From positions 1 to 64,000 of the IMG/VR virus record IMGVR_UViG_3300036852_000134: a stretch of 64,000 nt of DNA, one strand, 5' to 3'. The DNA comes from a virus. Below the pieces are notes generated by a model. It was not told where the DNA came from, did no database searches, and worked only from the letters and a program-made list of their open reading frames with translations. A program made the position numbers and the translations under genes. The stretch's first letter is position 1; every line of letters begins with the position of its first letter. This document shows positions 10,097 to 19,579 of the stretch, in pieces.

Positions 10097-10408
10097 TCAC
10101 GACGTATCGCCGATAAGCACGCCGAGACCGACGGTGACCTGAGTCGCGCCGGTATCCTGCGCCTTCACGACGGTGAGGCCGTACTGCCGACGACCGCTCG
10201 TGTCGTTGGCGTTGTACGCGCCGGTATCGCCCTCGGTGAGGAACACGCGGTCACCCTTGCGCATGCCGCAGTCGTAGCCGGTGGTGAAGAAGCCCTCCAC
10301 CTCCTGCACGTCGGCAATCAGCACGCCCGTATCCCAGTAGTTGAAGGTACGCGGGCTGGCGATCGACTGGAACACGAGGGAGAGTCTGTCCTTATTGAAC
10401 GTAGCCAT
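10097..10408 (-). CDS. Putative capsid decoration/cement protein (3 DTG, 2 DTS)
   Basis: 103 aa, beta-rich, directly after the major capsid gene and before the terminator; GGAGGG RBS. Confidence 0.6.
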   Translation of the reverse strand: MATFNKDRLSLVFQSIASPRTFNYWDTGVLIADVQEVEGFFTTGYDCGMRKGDRVFLTEGDTGAYNANDTSGRRQYGLTVVKAQDTGATQVTVGLGVLIGDTS

Positions 10409-10421
10409 GGTTCACCCTCCC

Positions 10422-11255
10422 TTAGATGCCAGACGCATCATGCAGGAACTGCACGATACCGTTCTGCTGCAGCAACCGCGCGCCGGTGAACGACGAAGCG
10501 CGAGCATACGAATAGTCCTGCTCGTCGTCGTAGCCGATGGCGGTGTTGAGCCCCTCGCCGTTGTCGAAGGCACTTCCGATCGCATCGCGATGGTAGAAGT
10601 AGCACTTCTCCGAAGCGGTCCCGACGCCGGTCAGGTTAGGATGTTCAATCCAATTGAACCCAGCCCAACGCATGGTCCGACGGTTAGGACCCGTGAGGTA
10701 CTTCATATCGACGTAGTCGATCTTGGTAGCCTCAGGGAGCTGCATGATGTAGCCCATCACCGCGGGGGTAACGACGGCCCACATCTTGTCGATCTCAGAG
10801 GTTGGGACCTCGTTCTCACCCAGCGTTACTCTTGCCTTCGCAACCACGGCCAGAGAGAACGTGGTGGCACCTCCCAGGGCGTTAGTCGCCGTGTCGAGCT
10901 GAGCGATGATGTCAGCGTCAAGCCGGCGGTTCAGGACCTTCTTCGTCGTCTCCTGCATGAGACGGCGCTGATCGCCCTGAGACTGGAAGATGTTGAACCT
11001 AGTCTTGCGGACCAGGTCGTGCCACTCAACGAGCGTCGCGGTGGTCTGGGTCATATCGTCGGCGCGAGCCGGGATAAGACCGTTGATGCCGCGGGTCACA
11101 GCGGTAGCACCGCCGGAACCTGCGACGAGGAACGTGGCCTGGTTGCCCTTGATCACGGACTCAGTGACCGTGGTCTGGCGGAGCCAGGACATGCCTTCCT
11201 CAAAGGCCGCAACGAGCTCGTTGCGGTATTGAATCTGTGGTGCAGATTCAGCCAT
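10422..11255 (-). CDS. Major capsid protein
   Basis: Follows the scaffold gene; strong AGGAG RBS; sequence resembles alphaproteobacterial podophage capsids (QYRNELVAAFE, NRRLDADII, YFYHRDAIG). Confidence 0.85.
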   Translation of the reverse strand: MAESAPQIQYRNELVAAFEEGMSWLRQTTVTESVIKGNQATFLVAGSGGATAVTRGINGLIPARADDMTQTTATLVEWHDLVRKTRFNIFQSQGDQRRLMQETTKKVLNRRLDADIIAQLDTATNALGGATTFSLAVVAKARVTLGENEVPTSEIDKMWAVVTPAVMGYIMQLPEATKIDYVDMKYLTGPNRRTMRWAGFNWIEHPNLTGVGTASEKCYFYHRDAIGSAFDNGEGLNTAIGYDDEQDYSYARASSFTGARLLQQNGIVQFLHDASGI

Positions 11256-11258
11256 GTT

Positions 11259-11460
11259 GGCATCTCCTATTGAGATTGGGGATGCCGGTCGTTCAGGTTC
11301 TCCTTTTCCGATCGGTCACGGGTTGGCCTGCTACGGGAGCAAGCGCCGCTTCCGCATCCAAAGGCGCATCACGAACGGTGGGGTGCGGACGGATGTCCGC
11401 GGTTAGGTGGCCGTCTCTCCGGCGCCGGATTGCTCCGGGTTGGCCGGGTCTGACGACCGG
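11259..11460 (-). promoter_or_regulatory. Structured 5' leader of the capsid gene
   Basis: Closing stem 11450-11460/11285-11296, GCAA tetraloop hairpin 11425-11438, hairpin 11385-11400, RBS-covering hairpin 11259-11286. Confidence 0.55.
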
Positions 11461-11463
11461 GCA

Positions 11464-12525
11464 TCAAGCCCGTTGCCGGGCCTGAATCTTCTCGCGTGCC
11501 GCCAGCAGCTCGCCGTAGCGGTTCGCGTAGTCTCTGTCGTACCGACGACGGTCGGTACGCATGATGCCTTCGATCTCTTTGATCTCGTCGTCGATGCCCT
11601 TGCCACCGCGACTGGCGCCATCCTCGACAACCGTTGCTGCCGGGTTGATTTCACGCGCAAGGTTAGAAAAGAGCCGCACCATATTCGGGTCGTCGCCAAT
11701 CACCTTGCCATCAGAGGTGCGGCCTCCCATCAAGCGCGCATAATCTGACTTTGGGTTCTTGGGATCAGCTCCGCCAGAAGCCGTAGCAAACAGGCTTCCA
11801 ATGACGTTGGTGTGGCGTCTGAACGCCGCCCCCCATTCCTCCTTCAGCGCCGCCTCGGACTCGCGGCGGAAGGCCTCGTCGGCCTCGTCGATCTCCGCAG
11901 CCAACTGCTCCTGGCGCTGGTAGTACCAGTTGACAGTTGCGTTGACGGCCGCCGGCGGAGCGCCTGCCTTGTGCAGAGCCTCGGTGAAGCTGGTGAGCAT
12001 CGGCTTGTCGGCTTCGCCGATCACAGCGCCGCTCTCAAGCTTGATGTGCTCCATGTAGCCTTCGGGCTTCTCGGGCACGCCGAGGGCGGCATGGAAGGCC
12101 TTGACCTCCTCGGGCTTGGCGTCCTTCGCCGGAACCTTGACGAGTCCGCCACCGGTGAACCTGCCTTCAAGCTCACGATACATGCCGTAGACGCCGGCAG
12201 GATCGGTGATGCGCTGAAGGCGGGCGAGCTCCTTCTTGTATGCCTTCTTGTCGCCGGCGGAGGCGTGCTCGGCCCACTTCTCGCGCCAGTCGGCGGGCCA
12301 GTCGGTCTTAGCCGGCTTGGCCTCTTCCCCCTTGGCCTTGTCGTCAGTCTCGCTGTCGGCACCGGTGGCTATGGTCTTGCCAGCGGCGGGCTTGCCTTCT
12401 GCCGGCTTGCCCTCGGGTGATGCCACGGGCGGGGCTTGCGCTGCGGCTTTACCTTCGGTGGCTTCCGCACCCTCGGTATCAACCTCGGCCTCGGCATTCA
12501 GGTCGTCTGCTTCATCAGCGATCAT
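11464..12525 (-). CDS. Capsid scaffolding/assembly protein
   Basis: Acidic low-complexity N-terminus, LGVPEKPEGY and LKEEWG motifs, between portal and capsid. Confidence 0.75.
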   Translation of the reverse strand: MIADEADDLNAEAEVDTEGAEATEGKAAAQAPPVASPEGKPAEGKPAAGKTIATGADSETDDKAKGEEAKPAKTDWPADWREKWAEHASAGDKKAYKKELARLQRITDPAGVYGMYRELEGRFTGGGLVKVPAKDAKPEEVKAFHAALGVPEKPEGYMEHIKLESGAVIGEADKPMLTSFTEALHKAGAPPAAVNATVNWYYQRQEQLAAEIDEADEAFRRESEAALKEEWGAAFRRHTNVIGSLFATASGGADPKNPKSDYARLMGGRTSDGKVIGDDPNMVRLFSNLAREINPAATVVEDGASRGGKGIDDEIKEIEGIMRTDRRRYDRDYANRYGELLAAREKIQARQRA

Positions 12526-12549
12526 AGGGTCCTCTTGTTGACGGGCAAC

Positions 12550-12574
12550 AAAAAAGGCGGTCTGAAACCGCCTT
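12550..12574 (-). terminator. Rho-independent terminator
   Basis: AAGGCGGT-TTCAG-ACCGCC followed by T6 on the minus strand. Confidence 0.65.
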
Positions 12575-12600
12575 GCGTGGTATGATCCGGGGAAAGCGGA

Positions 12601-12933
12601 TTACTCGCTCGGGAACATCTCCGGCTTCAGCTCCATGAGCTTCTTGATCTCTTTCGCCACAGAGCGCCGGCCATCGATCAAAGCGGCGACGCGGCCATGC
12701 GGGTCGTTACCTGCGGCCAAGCTCGCCATGGTTCCGTTCTCATGATCTTGGCACGCATAGAATATGATCCAATCGAGTGCCCTCTTCACGTCATGGGGCG
12801 TAGGAACCGGTGGCTCATCGCCTGGAGGCCACGGTTGCACGGCGCCTCTCGCGTAGCGCTCCAGCGTTTGAATGGCTCGGATATCGGCCTTCGTGTAAGG
12901 TGGTGAGTGCCAGATTTCGGGTCGCTTTGCCAT
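12601..12933 (-). CDS. Small conserved protein between portal and scaffold (Bbp19-like)
   Basis: RALDWII and LIDGRRSVA motifs; synteny. Confidence 0.55.
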   Translation of the reverse strand: MAKRPEIWHSPPYTKADIRAIQTLERYARGAVQPWPPGDEPPVPTPHDVKRALDWIIFYACQDHENGTMASLAAGNDPHGRVAALIDGRRSVAKEIKKLMELKPEMFPSE

Positions 12934-12934
12934 T

Positions 12935-14662
12935 CTACCTCACGGGGGCCAGTCCAGCCGGGCGACGACGCGGCGCTGCCGCAGGCGCCGGCATAGCCTC
13001 AGGCGGCTGCATCATCGCACTAGCCCCCTGCGCCAGCGCACCGAGGCCCTTGCCGCTCTGCTCTGCAAGCTGGCCCGCTGTCCCGATGTCCTGCACCGTC
13101 TGCTGCGCCATCGCCTCTTCTTCCATCTGTGCCCGGCGCTCGCCCACTGCTTCCTTCGGCTTGAACCACTTCGCCTTGAAGCCCAAGGCACGGGCGGCAT
13201 CGCGTGTCGCTGTCGGCCAGTCGACGATCTCAGCAAGGGACGGATCGACCTCCATGGCCGGAGCGAAGATGCGGTCACGCACGTCGAGGAAGATCTCCGC
13301 TTCGTTCTGCTCTGCCAGGTCGTCGAGCGGAGACCGGAACTTGAACTTGATGTCCTTGTCCGCCAGCGACTCCGGCATCTGGTCACGCGGGAAGGCGTTG
13401 TTCTCCATCATCAGCTGGAACACGCCGTCGCAGAGCGGGTAGTTGTACTCCTGCTGAATGGGCTTGGAGATCGGCGCCGCGGCTCGGATGTGCTCCTGCA
13501 CACGGCGGCGCACCTCGGTGGCGGTCATCGCCCGCGTCGTCTCGGGAAGCTGGATCTTGTCCAGCATGAAGCCCTGGCGGATGTCCTCCTTCAGCGCCTC
13601 GACGATCTCCCTGCCGATGGGATAGCCGCTCTTGTCGCGGGTGATGGGGCGGAGCACGTCGGCAAGCTTGCCGTCGTACTCGATGTCGGAGGTGGTAACG
13701 CCACCCGGATACATGGCGATGTCGCCGCGGATGGCATCCATGAAGGCCAGCATCGGCGGGTTGACGTGCATCTCGCCGGCCTCCCTCAACGTGCGCATCA
13801 CGACCTGGATGGTACGCCCGTCGGGGAGAAGCACATCCGTCGCCATTGACACGCCGAAAACAGAGCCACTGACGCGCTGCCAGCGCGGGACGACGTAGGG
13901 GAAATGGCTTAGACCGACCTCCTCCAGAACCGTTTCTGACTCAACCTCGATGTAGAGCGAGACGAATGGAAATCGCTTGCCACCCTTGGTCTTGTATTCG
14001 TAGAGCCGCGACGGCATCACCACATGCAGGCAATCGAATTCCTTGTGTGGGTCTTTGTTGGGGCCGTCGCTGCAGGCCTTCTTAACGTTCTCGGATATCG
14101 TCTTTGGGAAGGTATCCATCAGCTGCCGTGCTGTGGGCTTCCATTTGCGGTAGAGGCAATCGATCTTCCTTGCAGAGTTCTCCGCCCAAACGCAGTCGCG
14201 CAAATGGTGGTTCAGGAAGAGGAGGGCGTCGCCAGTCTGATTGAGACCAAACCACAATACGCCGTTGCCGAAAGTGACGAGGTCGTTATCGACTTGGTTC
14301 GTTGCTGTCACGAGCTGAGCAATAGGGTCGCTCATCGCCCGCCACTGGGTCGTGGTCAAGTGCTCAAGGTAAGCCCGCTCATTGTCAGCCTCGTCGAGTT
14401 CCTCGTCGTCAACGTGAATGGAGAAGAACTTGTCGGGACGGAGGAACTCAGCCATCATGTTTGACAGTTCACGCCTAGCGATGACCGGGTACGACGAGAA
14501 CAGGTGGTCGGAGTACTCGTCCCCGTCATCGCGCGTAGTCGTAAAGGTTGCGCTCTTGGGATAGAAGTTGAGGGCTAGCTCCTGCCAGAGCGAGTCCACC
14601 GTCCTCTTGTCGCTGAATAGCTTGCTGCCGAGCCTGATGACAGAGCGTGCCCTGGAGTCCAT
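12935..14662 (-). CDS. Portal protein (head-tail connector, T7 gp8-like)
   Basis: LWQELA, DLVTFGNG, PYVVPRW, MTATEV and FRSPL motifs. Confidence 0.92.
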   Translation of the reverse strand: MDSRARSVIRLGSKLFSDKRTVDSLWQELALNFYPKSATFTTTRDDGDEYSDHLFSSYPVIARRELSNMMAEFLRPDKFFSIHVDDEELDEADNERAYLEHLTTTQWRAMSDPIAQLVTATNQVDNDLVTFGNGVLWFGLNQTGDALLFLNHHLRDCVWAENSARKIDCLYRKWKPTARQLMDTFPKTISENVKKACSDGPNKDPHKEFDCLHVVMPSRLYEYKTKGGKRFPFVSLYIEVESETVLEEVGLSHFPYVVPRWQRVSGSVFGVSMATDVLLPDGRTIQVVMRTLREAGEMHVNPPMLAFMDAIRGDIAMYPGGVTTSDIEYDGKLADVLRPITRDKSGYPIGREIVEALKEDIRQGFMLDKIQLPETTRAMTATEVRRRVQEHIRAAAPISKPIQQEYNYPLCDGVFQLMMENNAFPRDQMPESLADKDIKFKFRSPLDDLAEQNEAEIFLDVRDRIFAPAMEVDPSLAEIVDWPTATRDAARALGFKAKWFKPKEAVGERRAQMEEEAMAQQTVQDIGTAGQLAEQSGKGLGALAQGASAMMQPPEAMPAPAAAPRRRPAGLAPVR

Positions 14663-14665
14663 CTC

Positions 14666-14866
14666 TTACGCTCCGAGCTTCTGACCACTGGAGCCGGTTG
14701 TCTCCCGCGTCTGGTCGGTCATGATGGTGGAGAGGCGGCCGGATCGGCGAAGGGCGTTCTCGCGCGCACGCAAGCCGGCGGCCCGGACCTCGGGGTCCAT
14801 CTCTGTCGGCATGCGCACGGGTTTCGGCGCCGGCGGAAGCTTCGGGCCGCTGAACAAAGAAGCCAT
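14666..14866 (-). CDS. Small virion protein upstream of portal (T7 gp7.3-like position)
   Basis: MASLFSGPKLPPAP...GRLSTIMT...KLG; start at 14866 after AGGAAG. Confidence 0.6.
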   Translation of the reverse strand: MASLFSGPKLPPAPKPVRMPTEMDPEVRAAGLRARENALRRSGRLSTIMTDQTRETTGSSGQKLGA

Positions 14867-14871
14867 GTCAG

Positions 14872-16446
14872 TCACTTCCTTCGTGGCTGGTAGTGGGTCT
14901 TGGCCTTCGCGTAGGCCATGAGAACCTTGGGCGGGGAGCGGCGGATAGCTGCTCGCTTGACGGCATGATCCCCAGGCGCCAAGCACATGACGACAGCCTC
15001 ACCTCTGTCCGGCGAGCGCCCGATGCGCTTCTTGATGTCTTCCTTGGACTCGATCTGAATGCCGTTCGGCTTGAGCATCCAGCGGAAGGAGGCGAGGTCG
15101 GCCTTCAACTCAGGGTCAGGCGGCAGCGCGACGACCGAGCCGCCTTCCTGACCTGGGTCGAGAGCCTCGCGGAACTTCCAGATCGTCTCGGCGCGCTTGT
15201 TGACGAAGCGCAGCTTACCGTCGCGCGTCGTACCGCTGGACGGATCGAGCCCCATGTAGGTGACGACGGCAATGCCGTTGTCCTTGAGGGCAATCGCAGC
15301 GTCGCCGCCCCATCCACCCCCCATATCCACGACCACGGGGCAGTTGTCGCGTCGCAGCTTCACCACCGCTGCGGCTGTCAGGCGGCCGTCCTTGTCTTCC
15401 TCACGAGCCACATCGAGCGGAGGAAACCAACCACCGTATCTGGCGGCGATGACGCGCTTGTCGCCGCCGCCTGGTGCCACGTCCACCGCCATGGATGTCA
15501 TGGCGTAGCCATCTGGAGCACGAGTGGTCCAACGCTGTTGCGCAGCGTCAATCCACGCGGTCGGGATGCACTGCCAGTCGTCGTCTCTGAGGCCCACAGT
15601 GAAGTCGCCACCGCGGTAAACGCGCCGCAACTCTTCCGGCAAGCTTTCGAGACGATCGCCGTAGTTCGTGTCGGCTAGGTCTGGATTGTCCTCCAGCCTG
15701 GAGCGGATGAAGGTGCGCGACGACGCTCGCACCATCTTGCCGCGCACTTCATGAGGACCGGGGCCGTTGAATTCTACATCCTGATCATCGACCCTGATGT
15801 ACCAGCGCAACTCCCCGTCCTTGGCCGGGTTTGGGTGTTTCGGATCCAGCCAGGCTGCCCAGCGTCGCGTGATCCAGAGGCCCTCAGCCGTCGTTGGGCC
15901 GTTGGTTGCACCCACGACCCTGCAACGCTGCTTCGGATCGACAGAGCGGTTCCAGGTGTTGATGAAGACGTACTGGCTTTCGAGGAAGTCGGCGAGCTCG
16001 TCATAGCCGATGAAGTCCCGCGCCTTGCCTTTGTATCTCTGCTTGTCCCGCTCCAGTTCGCAGCCGCGGAACTCGATCATCTGACCGTCTGGTCCGCGCC
16101 AAGTTGCCGGATTGCGCGTAAAGCCGCTGTCATCATCTAGGATTTCAAGGAGACGATCGCCGAGTTCTGTGGCATCCTGATTTATGCGACGCAGGATGCG
16201 GGAGCGCTTGTGCTCGTTGTGTGCAAGACCTATCAGCAGATCCGACTTGCCGCCCCCAGCCTCGCCGCCGAACAGCAGCTCGTCCGCCTCGCAGTAGTAA
16301 GCCTTGGTTTGCGGGCCAGGGTTCGGCAGCCACTTGGGTTGTGCCAACTCTCTGGCGGCCTGCGCCCTGAGCTTAGAGATATCCTCGGGTGGCAGATGGC
16401 TTATGACACGGGCAAGAAGATCGTCGAGAACATTGCCGGACGACAT
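14872..16446 (-). CDS. terL: Terminase large subunit
   Basis: Walker A GGEAGGGKS, Walker B FIGYDE, coupling motif ATNG, nuclease residues AVDVA and RSPDRGEA. Confidence 0.93.
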   Translation of the reverse strand: MSSGNVLDDLLARVISHLPPEDISKLRAQAARELAQPKWLPNPGPQTKAYYCEADELLFGGEAGGGKSDLLIGLAHNEHKRSRILRRINQDATELGDRLLEILDDDSGFTRNPATWRGPDGQMIEFRGCELERDKQRYKGKARDFIGYDELADFLESQYVFINTWNRSVDPKQRCRVVGATNGPTTAEGLWITRRWAAWLDPKHPNPAKDGELRWYIRVDDQDVEFNGPGPHEVRGKMVRASSRTFIRSRLEDNPDLADTNYGDRLESLPEELRRVYRGGDFTVGLRDDDWQCIPTAWIDAAQQRWTTRAPDGYAMTSMAVDVAPGGGDKRVIAARYGGWFPPLDVAREEDKDGRLTAAAVVKLRRDNCPVVVDMGGGWGGDAAIALKDNGIAVVTYMGLDPSSGTTRDGKLRFVNKRAETIWKFREALDPGQEGGSVVALPPDPELKADLASFRWMLKPNGIQIESKEDIKKRIGRSPDRGEAVVMCLAPGDHAVKRAAIRRSPPKVLMAYAKAKTHYQPRRK

Positions 16447-17027
16447 TAGTGCGGCTCAGCGTGACCGTTCGCCATAGCGCCGCGGTGCAGCTTCAGCGCT
16501 AGCCAACGGGCGAAGTCGCGGTCGGACATCTCGCGGGTTTCGATCGGGCCGCCGTCCTTGCCGGCAACCTCGTGCTTGTCGATGAACATGCCGAGATGCT
16601 TACCGAGCTTCTCCAAGGCATTCAGCTTGTCGTGAAGCTTGACGCGGATAGTGCCGCCCTTCTCGGTGACCGTCTGGCTCACCTCGGCGACGACAGAGCG
16701 CTGCTCAGGAGTGAGATCGGATTTGCTCTTGACGGTTACGCCGTCCGGTCCCCAGTCGAAGAAATCACCGGCATCGGCGAAGGCGATCTTGACGTACTCG
16801 CCTACGATGCGATCGACGGTGATCTCGTGGCGCTTTTGATGAGCGGCCTGGAGATCGGCGATCCTTAGGACAACCTTAGGATGTTTGAGCGTCTTGCTCG
16901 CCTGAACCGCGAGTGCGTTATCGCTGAAGTTCTTGGCGCTGTACGCACGCCTATAGGCCTCACTTGCGTTGCCGGTCTCGATGTAGGCTTTGGCGAACGC
17001 CTCCTGCTTAATGGTGAGCTTCGTCAT
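16446..17027 (-). CDS. terS: Terminase small subunit
   Basis: LTIKQEAFAKAYIETGNASEAYRRAY and KLHDKLNALEKLGKHLGMF; likely start 17027. Confidence 0.9.
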   Translation of the reverse strand: MTKLTIKQEAFAKAYIETGNASEAYRRAYSAKNFSDNALAVQASKTLKHPKVVLRIADLQAAHQKRHEITVDRIVGEYVKIAFADAGDFFDWGPDGVTVKSKSDLTPEQRSVVAEVSQTVTEKGGTIRVKLHDKLNALEKLGKHLGMFIDKHEVAGKDGGPIETREMSDRDFARWLALKLHRGAMANGHAEPH

Positions 17028-17028
17028 A

Positions 17029-17217
17029 TCAGTAACTCTGCGTCTCACCGCCTGCGATGGTCGGCGCAGCAGGCCTGTCCTTCTTGCGCGGGAGGATCGA
17101 CTGTATGGCTCCCATGGCGAGCGGGGGCATCCTGCTGTCCCCGTCATCACGGCGCTTGAAGGCCATGGGGATGAGGCCGCCCATGCCACCAGACATTGAC
17201 TGAGCCAAGCCGGCCAT
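17029..17217 (-). CDS. Small hypothetical protein
   Basis: AAGGA RBS; abuts terS. Confidence 0.5.
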   Translation of the reverse strand: MAGLAQSMSGGMGGLIPMAFKRRDDGDSRMPPLAMGAIQSILPRKKDRPAAPTIAGGETQSY

Positions 17218-17250
17218 TGTGGAGTTCCTTAGGTAGAAGGTTGTCTGTGA

Positions 17251-17388
17251 TCGGTGGTTGTGATAGCCACGGCACGTGGCTGCGGCACGGATGGACGTGC
17301 AGGTAGGCTAAGGGCTCGTGAGGGACTGCGGCTCTACTGAGACCCCGAAGGCCAAGGGGAGCCGGTTTCGAGTCCGGCACACTGACCA
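17251..17388 (+). ncRNA. Candidate tRNA-like structured RNA
   Basis: Several short hairpins, T-arm-like GCCGG-TTTCGAGT-CCGGC, terminal pairing and a 3' CCA; not a canonical cloverleaf. Confidence 0.35.
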
Positions 17389-17397
17389 TTACTCAGG

Positions 17398-17598
17398 ATG
17401 AATGCGATGGACCTCGGAAACCCTGTCACGCTTATTCTGATCATCGTGTGCGCGATCGGCGGTGCGTTCGCGCTCAGCCGATTGGAGACGTACCTTGGCG
17501 GATCAAGGTGGATCGATAGGACGGCCGGGTTCCTTGGCCTCGTGATCTTTACCGCGCTCGTGCTACTTGCTGGCGTTTACGCAGGAGTCGATCAGTGA
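17398..17598 (+). CDS. Small two-TM membrane protein (moron-like)
   Basis: Two hydrophobic segments; opposite strand to the late operon. Confidence 0.55.
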   Translation: MNAMDLGNPVTLILIIVCAIGGAFALSRLETYLGGSRWIDRTAGFLGLVIFTALVLLAGVYAGVDQ

Positions 17599-17784
17599 CC
17601 ATCTCCCGCCTGCCCACTAGCAACTGGTACAAGATGCTTCCGCGATGGCAGCAGGTGGCGTTCGATACCTTCCTCATTGCGATGATCGCATGCGCCGTGG
17701 CTCTGGCGGTCGCAACGCTCATCTCGCTGACTTAGGACGGGCTACGATGGAACTCTCCCGCCGCTTCCTCATCACCGGCCTAGT

Positions 17785-18054
17785 TTAATGACCCCGCCTC
17801 GCAATGCCTTTTCCATGTAGATATAACATGAAGGCAGAGAGTATTTCGTCTCTCTCGTCTTGCGATTTGTCCCACCACTCTTCTAACCACTGCTCCCAAT
17901 CGCCTTTGTGTATTCCCCTGTCTGGGCCTGGCGGTCCGAATGTCCGGACCGCCTTTTGGTGGATTGCGAGAGCCACCAGGACCTCCCCCATAATCTCTTC
18001 TAAGGGGGCCCACCCTCTTGTCATCTCTTCAAGAACGTCTTTGGCGTTTGTCAC
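17785..18054 (-). CDS. Hypothetical protein
   Basis: GTG start overlaps the upstream stop (GTGA at 18051-18054). Confidence 0.5.
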   Translation of the reverse strand: MTNAKDVLEEMTRGWAPLEEIMGEVLVALAIHQKAVRTFGPPGPDRGIHKGDWEQWLEEWWDKSQDERDEILSAFMLYLHGKGIARRGH

Positions 18055-18515
18055 AGGTGTGACCAATCCTGACGCAACCGCTCCAAGTCCTCTCCCGCCA
18101 TCCCCTGGTCTATGAACCACTGCTCACTCCACGGGGGGGCCCACACGTGCCTCTCGTGCCTGACCACCGGCACCTCCTTGATCTCCAGTGCCAGAGCGCA
18201 GGCGACGCGGTGAGCTCCACCTAGAAGCTCACCGTTGGGGTCTACCGGGATGCGCCACTCTGGGATGTCGACGAAGCCTCTGTGGGCCATGGAGGCACAG
18301 ATGGCGGCGGCAGTCTCGATGTAGTGGTCCGTTCCGCTCTTGCCGTCCATACCGAGGTTGAGCTTGGCGTTGGAGGCCTTACGCGCTTCAAGATGCCACC
18401 GGTAGACGCGGACGGCGTCGGGATCATTGCCGGCCAACAGATGCCGGAACAGGCGCCATTTCACCGCTAAGTCGAAACGGCGTGCGGTCACCAATGATGA
18501 TGGCCGCACCCGCAT
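18051..18515 (-). CDS. ParB/Srx-like domain protein
   Basis: IPVDPNGELLGGAHRVACALAL..VPV resembles the ParB DGxHR motif; TGATG-coupled start. Confidence 0.55.
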   Translation of the reverse strand: MRVRPSSLVTARRFDLAVKWRLFRHLLAGNDPDAVRVYRWHLEARKASNAKLNLGMDGKSGTDHYIETAAAICASMAHRGFVDIPEWRIPVDPNGELLGGAHRVACALALEIKEVPVVRHERHVWAPPWSEQWFIDQGMAGEDLERLRQDWSHL

Positions 18516-18898
18516 CACTTCTTGTAGGCAGAGCTGCGTTGCCATGTCGGCAGAAGCGCCTTGAAGTCTGCCGCCTCATCAACAGCAGGAACCCAACCGA
18601 AGCTCTTCACCCTATCGGTCGCACCGCGCCTGAGCAGAAGTGTGCTGCCGGTGGGGCGATGAAGGGCGAACATCGGAGTACGCCCAGGAGGAACAGAGAC
18701 GCCGAACCCGCCCATGGGGTATGTTCTGATTGCGAGCCCTTCAGGCAAACTCCAGAGGCGACCATCAGGTCCGTGGATGGCGATCTCGTCCAAGTCCCAC
18801 TGCCTGAACGGCATGAGCGAGGACGCGCGCACAATCGCAGGTGATGCAATCAGACTTGCAGCACTGATGAGAAAGCGGCGGCGTCCTAATTCAAGCAT
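18515..18898 (-). CDS. Hypothetical protein with twin-arginine-like N-terminus
   Basis: GRRRFLISAASLIASPAIVRA. Confidence 0.55.
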   Translation of the reverse strand: MLELGRRRFLISAASLIASPAIVRASSLMPFRQWDLDEIAIHGPDGRLWSLPEGLAIRTYPMGGFGVSVPPGRTPMFALHRPTGSTLLLRRGATDRVKSFGWVPAVDEAADFKALLPTWQRSSAYKK

Positions 18899-18907
18899 TG
18901 CGCACCT

Positions 18908-19579
18908 TCACTGCCACCACGGGGGCGGAGATAGAATTTCGGTGCGGCAATCTATGCTTGTTCGCGCGGGCTCACAAGGCGGACGGTTGGCAAACGCGAG
19001 GAGCTGGGCTCTGGCGTCTTCAATTGGCTGGGTTGTATCGATCTCGATGACCGGAACACCTCGCTCATTCAGGACTTTCTTGGCAATTTCAATGGCAGGC
19101 ATCATCAAGCCCACCATCCTTGACCTGTCCTCGAACCTGGTCTCGCGCACCAGCCGGCGGGCTGCGTTGCGCTCCTCAACGATGTGCTGCGGGCACTTGG
19201 TGAAGGCCACACCGATAGACACCGGCATCAGCTCGAAGTAGTGGCGGAGCTCGTTGAGGTCCTTGCCCATGTCGTTCAGGCGCCAGCCGAAGCCTAGGCC
19301 GCGCTGGACGAGGCCGGTCTGGATGTAGGGGCTTTGGCCTTCCATCCGGGCTACGGTGGCCATCTTGCGCACCGAGCGGTTGACCATGCGCAGGGCGGCG
19401 CCGAATGTGGCGTGCGGCTTGATGAGGTGGAAGAGGCGCGTGCACTCGTTGCAGAAGTCGAGCCAAGAGGCCGGGGGTAGGCGGTTCTCAATGGTGATGG
19501 CGTGCGGGCCGTAGAGCGGGTCGCAGAGTGTTGACTTGCCACTCCCCGGCGGGCCGGCGCAGTCCAGCCAAGCGGTCAC
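18908..19579 (-). CDS. P-loop kinase (NMP/small-molecule kinase-like)
   Basis: N-terminal Walker A GPPGSGKST; lid-like ERNAARR; C-terminal IEIDTTQPI. Confidence 0.7.
   Translation of the reverse strand: MTAWLDCAGPPGSGKSTLCDPLYGPHAITIENRLPPASWLDFCNECTRLFHLIKPHATFGAALRMVNRSVRKMATVARMEGQSPYIQTGLVQRGLGFGWRLNDMGKDLNELRHYFELMPVSIGVAFTKCPQHIVEERNAARRLVRETRFEDRSRMVGLMMPAIEIAKKVLNERGVPVIEIDTTQPIEDARAQLLAFANRPPCEPARTSIDCRTEILSPPPWWQ

Noticed and set aside
10341-11273. Long antisense ORFs (for example 10341..11273, 33354..34328, 39268..40161, 59004..59804)
   Set aside because: Shadows of real genes on the opposite strand in high-GC DNA; no motifs.
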